38,377 nucleotides of DNA from Myxococcota bacterium (lineage in GTDB: Bacteria; Myxococcota_A; SURF-8; G963663525), in assembly GCA_963676915.2 (NCBI GenBank), contig CAXXVK010000026.1, positions 1-38,377 on the forward strand, read 5' to 3'. The translations under genes and the position numbers were made by a program. Position 1 is the first letter of the stretch; each line of letters begins with the position of its first letter. Below, piece after piece: positions 36,851-38,377 of this stretch. The notes under the pieces are model-generated. The model ran no database searches. It had not been told where the DNA came from and saw nothing but the letters and a program-made list of their open reading frames with translations.

Positions 36851-36952
36851 TTCTCCTTTGAAACGCTTGAATGTCGTGCGTGTATGTGGCGAGTCAGTCT
36901 AAATGTAGCACAAAGCGTCTGAATCGCCAATTTTTCCTTTGAAACGACTGAA
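36851..36952. repeat. Imperfect 21-bp direct repeat, period 81 bp
   Basis: TTCTCCTTTGAAACGCTTGAA (36851) and TTTTCCTTTGAAACGACTGAA (36932), with an identical 12-bp core. Confidence 0.55.
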
Positions 36953-37081
36953 AGACCGAGATCTTTCAAGTTAGAGTAGATTCTTTATGAATAATCTGGG
37001 GTAACCGCATATTGACCCCGACGCGAGTTTAGACCATAATTCTTTACTTCATGACGGGATTGAGAGTTTTGGGAGGCAGAT

Positions 37082-38377
37082 GTGCGAACAGCAGGAAAAA
37101 CGTTGAAGATATGGCAACTTGGGTGGCTTTTGCTGGTTTTGGGCGTTTTTGCCTGTTCCGATTCGGGAAAAAAGCAGGAGGACCAGGGCGATACCGATGA
37201 GCCCGCCGAAAGCGAGGAAGAAGCTGTTTCTTCCTACGAGATGGGGACTCCACCCGAAAAAGCGCTGTTCGATTGGACCGCTAACGATCTGGGACAATGG
37301 ACGGAACAGGAGTTCTGTTACGGCGGCGTGACATTGTTGGAAGAAGAATTCGAAGATTCAACTCTCGATGCAGAACTTCAAACGTATGAGCTAAACGACC
37401 AGACCTCGGTGTTTCCGGCCATTCAAAAGGAAGAAAGCGGTAACCATTATGCTTCCGGTGCTGCTGAAGATTTGGAGGATGGAAAAGAATTCGGTGTCAC
37501 GGTGGACTGGTACAAGTCGGCCGGGATGATGGTCGATGCCTTGAGAATTTCCAGCCGTTTGCCGAAAGAAACGTCCGTCAACGTAATCGAGATGGCGTCG
37601 CCATCGATGAACGACCAAGCGATTCAGTTGCGTATCGAGCACTTGGGAAGCAAACCGGAAGGATGGCAGACCACAGCGACGTTTCCGTTGGTCCGAATTC
37701 TCGATCCCGATGGGCAGGATTTACTCGATCCTCCCTTGGAGGCTCCTGACGGGTGGGTCGTTCTCGAACTGTATCGGATCTCCACGACCCGGTGGCGTCT
37801 GGATGTAAACCGCTACAGTTCCGCGCAATTCGATAGTCTCTTGACGCCGTCCACCGATGCCGATGGCTGGTTGAAGATCAGCGGTACCGGTCATTTCGAC
37901 AATCTTTTCATGAAAAGCAGTTGCGAATTACCCGAAACCGTTACGGTTTGTTCTTCGGCGGCGGATTGCCCGAGTGGAATGTCCTGCGGTCGTGACAAAA
38001 CCTGTCACGAAAGCCGGTCCGTTACCTGTGAGGCAACGATGATCTGTGCCGACAAAGAAGACACCGAATGCGTTGGCCAACGAAACGGCGCTTCGTTTCT
38101 TGGAGACGGCGCTTGCGTAGCTCCTTGTACGGGTCATTCGGATTGTCGCCCTTACGAGGTTTGCGTACCTGAAGCGCTCGATACGGCTTGGTGTCGTACG
38201 TTTTGCCACGACGATGAAGACTGTCCCGACGGGCAGACCTGCCTCGACTCTTTCGGGGTAGGCGGGTGTGCGCCGACCACTTGCAAAGAGAACGCCGAAC
38301 CGGCGATTCTGGTCGATGGCCTGTGGGGTTGTCTTTGCAAGGAAGGATATTCGATTGACCTCGCTACGGGTGCTTGC
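37082..38377 (+). CDS. Lipoprotein with C-terminal Cys-rich repeats (partial, runs off the window end, absent from the ORF track)
   Basis: RBS GGAGG before GTG 37082. Lipobox WLLLVLGVFA-C. The frame is open for 432 codons to the window end. Repeats CSSAADCPSGMSC, CTGHSDCRPYEVC, CHDDEDCPDGQTC. Confidence 0.8.
   Translation, partial: MRTAGKTLKIWQLGWLLLVLGVFACSDSGKKQEDQGDTDEPAESEEEAVSSYEMGTPPEKALFDWTANDLGQWTEQEFCYGGVTLLEEEFEDSTLDAELQTYELNDQTSVFPAIQKEESGNHYASGAAEDLEDGKEFGVTVDWYKSAGMMVDALRISSRLPKETSVNVIEMASPSMNDQAIQLRIEHLGSKPEGWQTTATFPLVRILDPDGQDLLDPPLEAPDGWVVLELYRISTTRWRLDVNRYSSAQFDSLLTPSTDADGWLKISGTGHFDNLFMKSSCELPETVTVCSSAADCPSGMSCGRDKTCHESRSVTCEATMICADKEDTECVGQRNGASFLGDGACVAPCTGHSDCRPYEVCVPEALDTAWCRTFCHDDEDCPDGQTCLDSFGVGGCAPTTCKENAEPAILVDGLWGCLCKEGYSIDLATGAC

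Noticed and set aside
36851-36952. CRISPR array (repeats containing TTGAAAC)
   Set aside because: Only two short imperfect copies, no palindromic repeat body and no cas genes.

Overview
Bacterial chromosomal window with roughly balanced GC, probably from a deltaproteobacterial/Myxococcota-like diderm. This placement is inferred from the gene content: many Cys-rich lipoproteins, a PEGA protein, a TonB/TBDR/lipoprotein trio and the LexA box type. Recognisable genes are a frameshifted mannose-1-P guanylyltransferase plus a cupin, a Na+/solute symporter, dnaB, two peroxiredoxins, plsC, lexA, a Crp/Fnr regulator, an S9 peptidase, a PerR-like regulator, TonB and a TonB-dependent receptor. The best candidate for an undescribed system is a tightly coupled six-gene minus-strand operon (18523 to 11362): queF, a 923-aa glycoside-hydrolase-like lipoprotein, a radical SAM enzyme, larE, larB and larC. 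It encodes the full nickel-pincer (NPN) cofactor pathway, but no larA-type client enzyme and no other que genes are in the window. Other notable items are a LexA box filling the spacer of the lexA promoter, a thioredoxin-PEGA fusion, a decayed DUF1566/Lcl gene missed by the ORF track, an orphan PD-(D/E)XK nuclease, a Cys-less glutaredoxin fusion and several Cys-repeat lipoproteins. No tRNA, rRNA, CRISPR array, transposase or integrase was seen. All family assignments come from motif recognition by eye, not from database searches.
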